Positions 54,304-63,471 of a stretch of DNA of 64,000 bases are shown here, piece by piece. The first letter of the stretch is position 1. Every line of letters starts with the position of its first letter. A program made the translations under genes and the position numbers. Under the pieces are notes generated by a model. That model was not told the origin of the DNA and ran no database searches. It worked only from the letters and a program-made list of their open reading frames with translations. This stretch comes from Patescibacteria group bacterium (GTDB lineage Bacteria > Patescibacteriota > Patescibacteriia > Magasanikbacterales > GWA2-37-8): assembly GCA_041651015.1 (NCBI GenBank), contig JBAZKA010000004.1:1010-65009 (forward strand), read 5' to 3'.

Positions 54304-54975
54304 ATGAACGCCTCAGCTAAAAAATTTTTCCTTTTATTGGTTGTCGCTATCGTTGGCACGGTCATAATTTTAATTTACCAAATTATTAAGACAAACAAAA
54401 TTTCCGTCAATCACGCGGACAAGGATTTGATTGAAACCAATGCCGTGGATATTCCGATTGACCCACTGGACCCAATTATCGGCAACCGCGGCGCGAGTAT
54501 TACCATCACCGAATTTATTGATTATACCTCGGCCGATAGCCGTGATGTCCACAAAAAATTAGTCGCGGCTGTGGAGAAAAATCCCACCAAACTTCGTTTG
54601 CTTGTCAAAGATTTTCCAGCCACGGGTTTGTTTGCGGGCGATCATGCTCGCCCAAATCTGGCGGCCTATTGCGCCGAGAAACAATCCATGGATAAATTTC
54701 TCGCTTTTGTGCCGGAACTAATCAGCGCCAATAAAAAAACATTTACCGATGACGATTTGAAAACTATCGCGAACAAAATCGGTCTAAATGAAACCGCGTG
54801 GTCGGCCTGCTTGAATTCCACCGAGGCCGGCGCGCGCATTGATTCCTCGGTCTCGCTCGCGAAAACACTCGGATTAAAAAATGCCCCGCAAATCTATATC
54901 AACAACCGCTTGGTAAATTATTTGGATGAAATTGACTTAGATGATTTCCTCGCGGAGTTGGTGAAGGAATATTAA
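54304..54975 (+). CDS. DsbA-like thioredoxin-fold protein lacking the CxxC motif
   Basis: ITITEFIDYTSADS where DsbA proteins have ...EFxDYxCPxC. Downstream AAYCAEKQSMDKF and APQIYINNRLV match DsbA-family helical-insert and C-terminal regions. Confidence 0.55.
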   Translation: MNASAKKFFLLLVVAIVGTVIILIYQIIKTNKISVNHADKDLIETNAVDIPIDPLDPIIGNRGASITITEFIDYTSADSRDVHKKLVAAVEKNPTKLRLLVKDFPATGLFAGDHARPNLAAYCAEKQSMDKFLAFVPELISANKKTFTDDDLKTIANKIGLNETAWSACLNSTEAGARIDSSVSLAKTLGLKNAPQIYINNRLVNYLDEIDLDDFLAELVKEY

Positions 54976-54979
54976 GTTT

Positions 54980-56455
54980 ATGAAAAAACTTTTTACAATT
55001 ATTTTTCTCGGCGGGTTTTTGTTTTTGCCGATGACGGCATTTGCAAAAAGTTGTTGCGTTTGCAAAATGTATTCTGCCGGCGAATCTGTAAGCACGGCCA
55101 GCCGCGCGTTTAATACCATCACGGATGACACAGACGCCAAGTGCACGACAGGTAAAAAAGATGAGTTGAACGCGGGTGTCACCCTATCCTATTATACTTG
55201 TTCAATCGCGGAAAACGCTGGCTGTGAGGTAGAAGAAGCTACACCGGAGATGACCACCATCGCTGAAGAGCTCGGCTTAAAGGATGTCGTTCTTGGCATT
55301 AACATCCCGAGTTTGCATTTTAGCGCGCCACCCACTAAAGTTGACTCGGAAGGCAATCTGTATATTTCTTGGGCCGCCGAATACATCAAAGCAATTTACA
55401 ATTTTGCTCTGGTCGCCATCAGCATACTAGCTGTTGTCGTCTTAATTATTTCCGGCGCGCAAATTATCACTTCAGCCGGCGGTCCAGCTAAAGGCGCGGC
55501 TTACAAGCGCATCACCCAAGCCATCATCGGACTGTTCATTGCTTGGGGTTCTTATGTCGTGCTTTATACCATCAACCCGGATTTGATCGCTTTGAAATCG
55601 CTGAAAATTGCGTATGTACAAAAAATTGAAATTGAAGTTGTATCTGATGCAGACTATAAAACACTTACTGGAAAATCTCCCGGCGCACCAGCTGAATTAT
55701 TAAAAATGGCAGTTGAAGCTGGAAAAAAAATCGGGCTCACTGATGATTGCATGATGAAAACAATCGTCAGCAAAGAATCGGGAGGCAATGCGGGCGCTAT
55801 TGGCCATGACGAAAATTTTAATCGTACGACTCATATTGTCTGGGCGCGACGAAATTTTCTTTTGAGCGGAACCACATATAAAGGATCTTCGTTTACACCG
55901 GTAGCGACCGACAAAAGTAATTACAAAGCAACGATGAACGCAAGCGGTATAAAAAATGATGATTCGTTTAACGTAAATAATCCTCCTGATTATGGACTTG
56001 ACTGGCGTTTTTCTCACGGTATCGGCTTGGGACAAATGACTATCAATCCAAACAAAAGTATGGGGGGGTATAATTCATGTGAAACCACCAGAGCCGACGG
56101 CAAGACTGAACGAGGTATTAGCAAAGGCGGAGAGTGTATAGGCATATCAAAGCTTATGGAACCAGAAACTGCTGTTGAACAGTCGGCTAAATTATTTAAA
56201 AGCAATCTTGAATGTGCGGCCGGTCTTGGACTTTCCGGCGAGGAACAATTTAGAGGCGCTTTATTTGCTTATGCGGCGGGTTGCGGGGCATTAAAAAAAT
56301 TAGGCGGATCTTTGCACTCTACTCTACAAACACATAAGACGGTCACGCGCGCGATGACATATTATACAGCCTGCAAAGCGGATTCAAGTATCGGCCCCGA
56401 TAGCGCCCCGGAGCAATCACCCGTGGCTACCTCCGATGATGAAGAATCAAATTAA
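54980..56455 (+). CDS. Membrane protein with Cys-rich N-terminal region, two-TM VirB2/TrbC-like hairpin and C-terminal lytic transglycosylase (SLT) domain
   Basis: Signal peptide, CCVCK.. cysteines. Two hydrophobic helices separated by GGPAKGAAYKR. SLT catalytic region ...SKESGGNAGAIG... and ...GIGLGQMT... Confidence 0.55.
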   Translation: MKKLFTIIFLGGFLFLPMTAFAKSCCVCKMYSAGESVSTASRAFNTITDDTDAKCTTGKKDELNAGVTLSYYTCSIAENAGCEVEEATPEMTTIAEELGLKDVVLGINIPSLHFSAPPTKVDSEGNLYISWAAEYIKAIYNFALVAISILAVVVLIISGAQIITSAGGPAKGAAYKRITQAIIGLFIAWGSYVVLYTINPDLIALKSLKIAYVQKIEIEVVSDADYKTLTGKSPGAPAELLKMAVEAGKKIGLTDDCMMKTIVSKESGGNAGAIGHDENFNRTTHIVWARRNFLLSGTTYKGSSFTPVATDKSNYKATMNASGIKNDDSFNVNNPPDYGLDWRFSHGIGLGQMTINPNKSMGGYNSCETTRADGKTERGISKGGECIGISKLMEPETAVEQSAKLFKSNLECAAGLGLSGEEQFRGALFAYAAGCGALKKLGGSLHSTLQTHKTVTRAMTYYTACKADSSIGPDSAPEQSPVATSDDEESN

Positions 56456-56459
56456 TATC

Positions 56460-57821
56460 ATGTCTTCAAAACCTCAAACAATATTCTCTTGCAACAACTG
56501 CGGCGCCCAGTTCCAGAAATGGACCGGGCGTTGTTTGGAATGCGGAAAATGGGGCACGATAGATAAAGAAGCCAAAATCATTCGCGAGAAAAAATCTGAA
56601 ACAAATGAATACGCGCCGGCGAAATTATCCTCGCTCTCGGAAATAAAAAGTGAAAATGCCGCACGCGTGAAGACAAATATAAATGAACTGGACCGCGTGC
56701 TCGGCGGAGGACTGGTACCGGGCAGTATTATTTTACTCGGCGGAGAGCCCGGCATCGGCAAATCCACGCTCGCGCTTCAGCTCGCTTCCCTACTCCCGAG
56801 TTCGCTTTATCTCTCAGGCGAAGAATCAGCCGAACAAATTAAACTCCGCGCCGACCGTTTGAGCGTCAAAGCGCAAAATCTGAAAATCGGAAATGAATCA
56901 AACATTGAAACAATCATCAGCACGATTAAAAAAGAACGTCCGCAAATTACCATTGTGGATTCGGTTCAAACAATTTATTCCGATGAGTCCGTTGGCGAAG
57001 CCGGCAATCTGGCGCAAGTGCGCGCCTGTACCGTCAAACTTATGGAGCTGGCCAAGTCCGAGCATTTAACGATCGTGCTGATCGGGCAAGTGACCAAAGA
57101 AGGCACGGTGGCCGGACCAAAAACTTTGGAACATTTGGTGGACACTGTTCTATATTTAGAGGGTGATAGATTTCATCAATTCAGAATTTTGCGCGCAGCC
57201 AAAAATCGTTTTGGCTCCACTGATGAAGTCGGAGTTTTTTCCATGGAAGAAAACGGTTTGCAAGAAGTGAAAAATCCTTCGGCCGCGTTCCTGGGCGAAC
57301 GGGCGGAAAACGCACCGGGCAATGTGGTGGCGTGCCTGATGGAAGGCACCCGGCCGATTCTGTGCGAAGTACAAGCCTTGGTCAATAAAACCGCGTTTGG
57401 TTATCCGGTGCGCAAATCAAATGGCTTTGATTTGAATCGTCTGCACATGCTCGTGGCCGTCCTGGAGCGCCGGGCCGGATTAAATTTATCTCAATACGAT
57501 ATCCATTTAAATATTGTCGGCGGTCTCACGGCCGATGAGCCGGCGGCCGACCTCGCGGCCGCTCTGGCCATTGCCAGCGCTTACAAAGATAAATCCCTTG
57601 GATCGGACATGGCTGCCTTTGGCGAGATTGGCTTGTCCGGCGAAATTCGTCCGGTCTCTTTCACGGAAAAAAGAATCAAAGAATGCGAAGGCCTCGGGCT
57701 CAAACGCGCTCTGACCAATTTGGGAAAAAAGAATAATCAGAATGTCATCCCCGCGAAGGCGGGGATCCAGAAAATTAAAATCATTGATATAAAAAACATT
57801 TCAGAAATTATACGAATATAA
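56460..57821 (+). CDS. radA: DNA repair protein RadA/Sms
   Basis: Zinc finger CNNCGAQFQKWTGRCLECGKWG. Walker A GGEPGIGKST. KNRFG motif. Lon-like C-terminal domain. Confidence 0.9.
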   Translation: MSSKPQTIFSCNNCGAQFQKWTGRCLECGKWGTIDKEAKIIREKKSETNEYAPAKLSSLSEIKSENAARVKTNINELDRVLGGGLVPGSIILLGGEPGIGKSTLALQLASLLPSSLYLSGEESAEQIKLRADRLSVKAQNLKIGNESNIETIISTIKKERPQITIVDSVQTIYSDESVGEAGNLAQVRACTVKLMELAKSEHLTIVLIGQVTKEGTVAGPKTLEHLVDTVLYLEGDRFHQFRILRAAKNRFGSTDEVGVFSMEENGLQEVKNPSAAFLGERAENAPGNVVACLMEGTRPILCEVQALVNKTAFGYPVRKSNGFDLNRLHMLVAVLERRAGLNLSQYDIHLNIVGGLTADEPAADLAAALAIASAYKDKSLGSDMAAFGEIGLSGEIRPVSFTEKRIKECEGLGLKRALTNLGKKNNQNVIPAKAGIQKIKIIDIKNISEIIRI

Positions 57822-57825
57822 CACG

Positions 57826-57901
57826 ATGCAAATATACGAATGCATACGAATTATACAAATAATCGTCGCAATATTCGTTATATTCGCATGAATTCGTATA
57901 T
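57826..57901. repeat. Inverted arrays of TACGAAT heptamers (variant of the TACGAAA inverted-repeat element), empty
   Basis: atatacgaatgcatacgaattatac ... attcgttatattcgcatgaattcgtatat. The arms are imperfect reverse complements. Confidence 0.35.
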
Positions 57902-57922
57902 TAGTATCGCATATAAAAAAAC

Positions 57923-57968
57923 GCCGCCATCGGGAGTACCCTTTGGCGGACTTTTTGTTTTTTTTTGG
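57923..57968 (+). terminator. Intrinsic terminator after radA
   Basis: cgccgcca-(loop)-tggcgg followed by actttttgtttttttttgg. Confidence 0.6.
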
Positions 57969-57984
57969 AAATGAGGCGAGAATA

Positions 57985-58290
57985 TTAGGCGAGCACTTTT
58001 ACGCAGGGATGTTCCACGAGTTCACCGAAGAGCTTGCGGACATCTGCGAGTTTCTTGAACGTGATCACCCTACACTTGATTTGGCGATCGCGATCGTCCT
58101 TCCCGAATCGCCCGAAGATCTCCACGGAACGGCCGTTGAGCCGAGGCGCAGCCAAGCGCGCGTAGACGACCTGCGGACCAGATTGACCCTCCACGATCGC
58201 GGAAACCACCACGAAGTCCGCCCCTTCTTTTTTAAAATCATTGTCCGGACCCACGCGCAATTGATTCAATCCGTCCCATCTTGTTGACAT
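57985..58290 (-). CDS. Small hypothetical protein (101 aa) in a GC-rich islet
   Basis: Strong SD GAGGAGGG 6 nt upstream of ATG (MSTRWDGLNQ...). GC about 57%. The plus-strand alternative ORF has no RBS. Confidence 0.4.
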   Translation of the reverse strand: MSTRWDGLNQLRVGPDNDFKKEGADFVVVSAIVEGQSGPQVVYARLAAPRLNGRSVEIFGRFGKDDRDRQIKCRVITFKKLADVRKLFGELVEHPCVKVLA

Positions 58291-58498
58291 CTCCACCCTC
58301 CTCAAAAAATGTACTTGTGATGTTTTCACAGCCCCTCCGTGAAAACGAAAACGCTAAAATAATAGCACAAAATGAACCAAATGTCAAATATCCAATGCCA
58401 AATTACAAATAAAACCCAAAACCAAAAATCCAAATTTTGATATTTGATATTTAGGCTTGATTTGACATTGGAAATTGGAAATTTGACATTACTTACCC

Positions 58499-60694
58499 CT
58501 ATTCTAAATGCGCAACATCTTCCCAGTTAGTTAACTTGGCCAACAATGATGGATACATTTTAATGTTGGGAGCAATAGCCACAGCTGCGTCACGAGATTT
58601 CTTAATTATTTCCCCGTCAGTTAATTTGGCCAAACGAAAGCGCATCATCCCGCTCTGAGCCGCGCCAAACACCTCGCCCGGACCGCGCGTTTCCAGATCA
58701 CGCTCCGCCAGTTTAAAACCATCCAAATGTTTTTCAAAAAATTCCAAACGCTCTTTTACCTTTTCAGTCGGCGAATCCGTAAAGACAAAACAATAAGATT
58801 GATGCATTGACCGTCCGACCCGTCCGCGGAACTGATGCAATTGCGCCAGCCCGAATCTGTCCGCGCCTTCAATCATCATGACCGTGGCATTGGGGATATC
58901 AATGCCCACCTCAATCACCGACGTGGAAACTAAAATATCAGTCTGTTTATTTTGAAATCTATTCATCACTGCTTCTTTTTCCGCCGGCTTCATTTTGCCG
59001 TGCAAAAATTCCACTTTTAAATCCGGAAAAACTTTCTCGGATAATTTTTTATATTCACTCAAAACGCTTTTGCGCTCGTCATTCACTGAAACATTCCCCA
59101 GCGGATAATTTATTATTTCAATTTCATCTGAGGATTTTTTCTTTTTTTCTTGTTCTTCAATCAAGGGACAGACCACAAACACCTGCCTCCCCTGCTTAAC
59201 TTGGGCGCGAATAAAGTCATACGCCTTATCACGGTTTTTTGGTTCCACAAATCGCGTCATAATCGGTTTTCTATCGTTCGGCATTTCCGTGAGCCGGGAC
59301 ACATCCAAGTCGCCGAACAGCGCGAGCGCGAGCGAGCGCGGAATGGGCGTGGCTGTCATACTCAAATAATGCGCGTCAATTTTTTCAGTTTTATCTTTAA
59401 TGGCTTTTCTTTGGGCCACGCCAAAACGGTGCTGTTCGTCAACCACAATTAAACCGACATCGTTAAATTCAATTTTCTCGCCGAGCAACGCATGCGTGCC
59501 GATGATAATTTTTACTTCATCATTTTTAATCGCTTCTATAACTCGTTTTTTAGTAGTAGCGAGCGGAAGAAATTTACTCCTGACGGCCATTGACGAGCCG
59601 CCTTCAGGCGGGGCGAAGTCACGGTCGGAAGGGGTTAATTTTTCCGCGAGCGACAAAGAATATTGCGACCGGGTCAACAACGCCATTGTCAATTTATCGC
59701 CCAAAAATTTATTGATGGTGGCATAATGTTGCGCGGCCAATATCTCGGTTGGCGCCATGATTACGGTTTGTTTGCCCGCCAGCGCCGTGTTGTAGGCAAC
59801 AATAGCCGCCACAATGGTTTTTCCAGAACCGACATCGCCCGAAAGCAACCGGTTCATGGGCGCGGATTTTTGCGTGTCGCGCAAAATTTCCCAAGCCGAC
59901 ATCTTTTGCGAAGGCGTCAGTTTGAATGGCAAACCAGAGACAAATTCTTTGACTTCTTTTTCATGAAAAATAATTTCCGTTGAATTGGAATCAAGCCGGA
60001 CGCGCCGGCTGAGTTCGGCTTTGAGTTGAACCAAAAATAATTCATCAAATTTAAGACGTTCGGTGGATATTCTTAATTCATTAACATCATTTGGAAAATG
60101 AATCCCGCGAATGGCGTCGCTAAGCGTTGCGAGATCATAATCATCCAAAATATTTTCCGGCAACCACTCATCAATTTTGTCGGCCAAAGGTATCACTTGC
60201 TGAATCAAAAATCTGATTTGCTTTTGCGTTAATCCTTCGGTAAGCGGATAAATCGGCACCAAGCGCGCGGTGTGCGCCGTGGCGCGAGTAGTTTCTTTTT
60301 CATAAGTCGGACTGGAGAACTGCGGCCCAAGCATATCGGCTTTCACTTTGCCGGATAAAAAAACCACATCACCCGGTTGTAAAACTTTGGCGATAAACGG
60401 CTGATTAAACCAGGTGGCGCGCACCGATCCTGATTCATCGGAAAAAAGCGCTTCGGTAATATTCACACGCTTGCGGAAACTCCGTTTGCTCGCAATTAGT
60501 TCCAACTTGGCGCGTATTGTCACTGCTTCCCCGTCGTGTAAATCTTTAATCGGGACAATCCGGCTATAATCCTCATACCTAAATGGAAACCAAAACAATA
60601 AATCCTCGGCTGTTTTGATGCCGAGGCGATTCAGACGCTTGGACGCGGACGCGCCAACGCGAGTAAGCGATGATACAGATGTGGCCAAATTCAT
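58499..60694 (-). CDS. recG: ATP-dependent DNA helicase RecG
   Basis: 731 aa. Wedge domain, helicase motifs (GDVGSGKT, DEQHRFG), TRG motif region. Confidence 0.9.
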   Translation of the reverse strand: MNLATSVSSLTRVGASASKRLNRLGIKTAEDLLFWFPFRYEDYSRIVPIKDLHDGEAVTIRAKLELIASKRSFRKRVNITEALFSDESGSVRATWFNQPFIAKVLQPGDVVFLSGKVKADMLGPQFSSPTYEKETTRATAHTARLVPIYPLTEGLTQKQIRFLIQQVIPLADKIDEWLPENILDDYDLATLSDAIRGIHFPNDVNELRISTERLKFDELFLVQLKAELSRRVRLDSNSTEIIFHEKEVKEFVSGLPFKLTPSQKMSAWEILRDTQKSAPMNRLLSGDVGSGKTIVAAIVAYNTALAGKQTVIMAPTEILAAQHYATINKFLGDKLTMALLTRSQYSLSLAEKLTPSDRDFAPPEGGSSMAVRSKFLPLATTKKRVIEAIKNDEVKIIIGTHALLGEKIEFNDVGLIVVDEQHRFGVAQRKAIKDKTEKIDAHYLSMTATPIPRSLALALFGDLDVSRLTEMPNDRKPIMTRFVEPKNRDKAYDFIRAQVKQGRQVFVVCPLIEEQEKKKKSSDEIEIINYPLGNVSVNDERKSVLSEYKKLSEKVFPDLKVEFLHGKMKPAEKEAVMNRFQNKQTDILVSTSVIEVGIDIPNATVMMIEGADRFGLAQLHQFRGRVGRSMHQSYCFVFTDSPTEKVKERLEFFEKHLDGFKLAERDLETRGPGEVFGAAQSGMMRFRLAKLTDGEIIKKSRDAAVAIAPNIKMYPSLLAKLTNWEDVAHLE

Positions 60695-60703
60695 ATCCTA
60701 TAA

Positions 60704-60731
60704 ATTATACCACATCAAAATCATTTGCAAA
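60704..60731 (-). promoter_or_regulatory. Putative recG promoter (TTTGCA-16-TATAAT on the minus strand) immediately after a terminator hairpin (60725-60762)
   Basis: Reverse complement reads tttgcaaatgattttgatgtggtataat. Upstream gcccg...cgggc + T-run terminates the preceding gene. Confidence 0.45.
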
Positions 60732-60774
60732 TAAAAAAGCCCGCGCGCGCAAGAAGCGCGAAACGGGCCAAACA

Positions 60775-61254
60775 TCACTCCAAACAACCGAGAAGGGTTA
60801 CACGGATTTTTTTCGCCTCTTGATCAAACAAGGCGACGGCGCCATCCGCTAACTTCCACGGTTCGTAACCATAGTCATGCCATTTATTCAAAAAGGTAGC
60901 GTGAATCTGCCGGCAAACATGGTTAAACAAACTCATCGGCACCACAACGAACGAGGCATAAGCATCAGATCTCGCCACGGTATCGCAAATATCATAAACT
61001 ATATCTCCGAAACCCACATATTTTTGGTACCGATACTGCGGACAATTTTTCACCAATTCCCAGCCAAATTTTTCACACCGATCACCTGCCGGAACCAATA
61101 CACTTACGTTTTGCGGATTGCATAAAATCGGATAGATGCCTCTTTTCAATTCAACGATAAGCTGAGATTCATCATGGGAAAAATCATCATTTTTCAATGA
61201 GTCTGGAGGCGTAACAAGCTCGTGCGTAATTACAATAATTTTTCCTGGGCGCAT
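60775..61254 (-). CDS. Hypothetical protein (159 aa)
   Basis: AAGGAGG RBS upstream of MRPGKIIVITHE. Promoter TTGACA-17-TATATT on the minus strand embedded in the tRNA-Arg terminator hairpin (61306-61338). Confidence 0.5.
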   Translation of the reverse strand: MRPGKIIVITHELVTPPDSLKNDDFSHDESQLIVELKRGIYPILCNPQNVSVLVPAGDRCEKFGWELVKNCPQYRYQKYVGFGDIVYDICDTVARSDAYASFVVVPMSLFNHVCRQIHATFLNKWHDYGYEPWKLADGAVALFDQEAKKIRVTLLGCLE

Positions 61255-61339
61255 TATCGCCTCCTTTCTTTGGTTGTCAAAGTGATGAGTCAATATAACA
61301 TAAAACCGCCCTTTTGTCAAGAATAGGCGGTTTTTATTG

Positions 61340-61411
61340 TGCCCCTGAGAGGAATTGAACCTCTACTTCCAGCTTCGGAGGCTAGCGTTCTATCCGTTAA
61401 ACTACAGGGAC
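61340..61411 (-). tRNA. tRNA-Arg (anticodon CCG)
   Basis: Reverse complement folds: acceptor GTCCCTG/CAGGGGC, D-arm GTTTAACGGATAGAAC, anticodon stem CTAGC/GCTGG with loop CTCCGAA, T-arm AGAGGTTCAATTCCTCT. No encoded CCA. Confidence 0.85.
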
Positions 61412-61497
61412 TAAAGTAATATCCGCCCCGACGCAAGGTCGGGGCTCCGACTTCGCCTTCGGCGAACGTCGGAGTTAAACTATGAGGACCAAACCCG

Positions 61498-62505
61498 TCA
61501 TAACAATCGTCGTAACGCGCGCAACAACTTATACAGCTTATACTTTCTCGGTGAAATAATCAAATCAAATGTGCCGGGCTGTTCGCGATACTCACCGCCG
61601 AATCCTTGTTTGAACCGGCTCACGCCTGCGTATTGGTGTTTGGCATTATATTCATATTCTTCACCACTCGCTTTTTCCACTTTCGGCGCTACCCCGAAAA
61701 AATCATAAAAGCGATAACCCGAACGCTGGCCGGTTTTGATTCCTTCCCATTGAATCAAATATGGCGCCATAAGCGAACGATAATTATAATCAGACGCGCC
61801 AAATAAATATGTAAATGTATCGCCAAATCCGGTAAACACGGCCGAAGCAATCGGCGTCGCTTGATAATACACTGTGAGCTGGCGGGACATCGGCGAAAAA
61901 ATAATTTCATGATAATGCCGGTCAACATGTAAACGAAATTTATCACGCTTGGCGGTTTCGCGCATGAGTCGCATAAATAAATCAGCGTCCTTGTCGTCTT
62001 TTACCACCAGACCTTTACGCTCGGCCAAATGAATATTATAGCGTGTCTTGGGATGCATTTTGTTGAGTAGATCCTCGGGCGTTTGCCGTAAATCCAAAAC
62101 AAACGTGGCGCGGGGATTAATATCAACAGAATGAAGAATACTGAATTTGGTATGTGGATCATTAATTGTATTGGCCGGCTCAAACCTTAAAAAAATACAT
62201 TTTTTTATTTTCAAGTACTCTGCAATTAATCGGTATGCTTCATTCAACATTCTACATTCTACATTCTTTTTAAACACCGGCCCGCGCGCGCAAAACGCGT
62301 ACCGCCAACCAAACGGTAATCTATGGTATTCAACCAAAGCCTCGGCCACGGGAGTCTCGTTGTCCAATATCGCCAGACGCTCAATTTCCTTGCCTTCGCG
62401 CGACAAGATTTCTTCCCATTCGTAAGATTGATTAAACGGCGCATCTTCGGCGTCTTCTTTGAGCCAGCTATTGACCATGTCAAATTGTGATTCAATTTTT
62501 ATCAT
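61498..62505 (-). CDS. FemAB-family peptidoglycan-bridge aminoacyl-tRNA-dependent transferase
   Basis: 335 aa. KTRYNIHLAERKG closely matches the FemABX signature KTRYNIR.A.KKG. Confidence 0.8.
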   Translation of the reverse strand: MIKIESQFDMVNSWLKEDAEDAPFNQSYEWEEILSREGKEIERLAILDNETPVAEALVEYHRLPFGWRYAFCARGPVFKKNVECRMLNEAYRLIAEYLKIKKCIFLRFEPANTINDPHTKFSILHSVDINPRATFVLDLRQTPEDLLNKMHPKTRYNIHLAERKGLVVKDDKDADLFMRLMRETAKRDKFRLHVDRHYHEIIFSPMSRQLTVYYQATPIASAVFTGFGDTFTYLFGASDYNYRSLMAPYLIQWEGIKTGQRSGYRFYDFFGVAPKVEKASGEEYEYNAKHQYAGVSRFKQGFGGEYREQPGTFDLIISPRKYKLYKLLRALRRLL

Positions 62506-62509
62506 AACA

Positions 62510-63469
62510 TTATAATATTTCCTTTAATTTCCGACCCAATTTAATGGCGCAAAGCCCGCCGTCATCGCGTTCAAAATCAAATTTTTCCACCCGCATGCCT
62601 AGTATATTATCATAATCACGCTCATACACAAACCAGCCACGCGATTCATAATATTTTTTTCGTTCTTCGGTTAACTCCGCGTCATTGGATAAAACCATAT
62701 CCAAGGGACGCGGTAAATACAATTGAATAGAGGAAATAAACTCGCTTAATTTCTCGGGGCCGGTTTCGCCGTTATTTTCTAATTTGTCGCCGGCAATATA
62801 AATAATTTTTGCTTTTGATTCGGCAATCGCTTCACTCATCCCATCCGGAAGCAATGACGCCACCACACTGGTATAAAAGCTACCAGGCCCAAGCAAAATA
62901 TAATCAGCGGACATGATCGCACGGCGAGCTTCTTCGTAAATTCGGCCAGACGGTTCCAGCCAAACTTTTTTGATTTTCAAATTTCTATCATATTTCGGGC
63001 GGTCTAAATTGGCTTCGCCTTTGATAATCTGCCCGTCAATTAATTCGGCCGTCAATTGGGTCGTCTCCAAAGTGGCGGGATAAACCCGGCCGACCGCTTC
63101 TACCGCTTGCCCCAACGCCTTGAGCGCGGCCATAAAATCACCGGTATAATGTTCGCTCAAAATCAAAAATAAATTTCCAAGGTTATGCCCGTCCAGTTGA
63201 TCAGTATCAGTAAAACGATTTTTATAAAATATTTGTTTCAATGTTGGATAATCGTATTTGGATAAAGCCAAAGTGGCGCGCATAATGTCGCCGGTCGGCA
63301 AACCGCGAAATTCTTCGCGTAAACGCCCGGACGACCCGCCTGAATCGCTCATGGCGATGATGCCGGTAATATCAAACAAATCAACGTTTTGTTTTAGCGC
63401 GACAAGCGAGACAGCCGACCCATTGCCGCCACCGAGTACCACAACACGCATTGATTTAGACTGAGACAT
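62510..63469 (-). CDS. yvcK: YvcK / CofD-like (UPF0052) gluconeogenesis factor family protein
   Basis: MRVVVLGGGNGSAVSLVALK ... LPTGDIMRATLAL matches the YvcK/CofD N-terminal signatures. Confidence 0.8.
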   Translation of the reverse strand: MSQSKSMRVVVLGGGNGSAVSLVALKQNVDLFDITGIIAMSDSGGSSGRLREEFRGLPTGDIMRATLALSKYDYPTLKQIFYKNRFTDTDQLDGHNLGNLFLILSEHYTGDFMAALKALGQAVEAVGRVYPATLETTQLTAELIDGQIIKGEANLDRPKYDRNLKIKKVWLEPSGRIYEEARRAIMSADYILLGPGSFYTSVVASLLPDGMSEAIAESKAKIIYIAGDKLENNGETGPEKLSEFISSIQLYLPRPLDMVLSNDAELTEERKKYYESRGWFVYERDYDNILGMRVEKFDFERDDGGLCAIKLGRKLKEIL

Positions 63470-63471
63470 AC

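Noticed and set aside
57943-58287. Plus-strand 114-aa ORF overlapping the GC-rich small gene
   Set aside because: No SD, and it starts inside the radA terminator T-run. The minus-strand frame has GAGGAGGG-6 nt-ATG.
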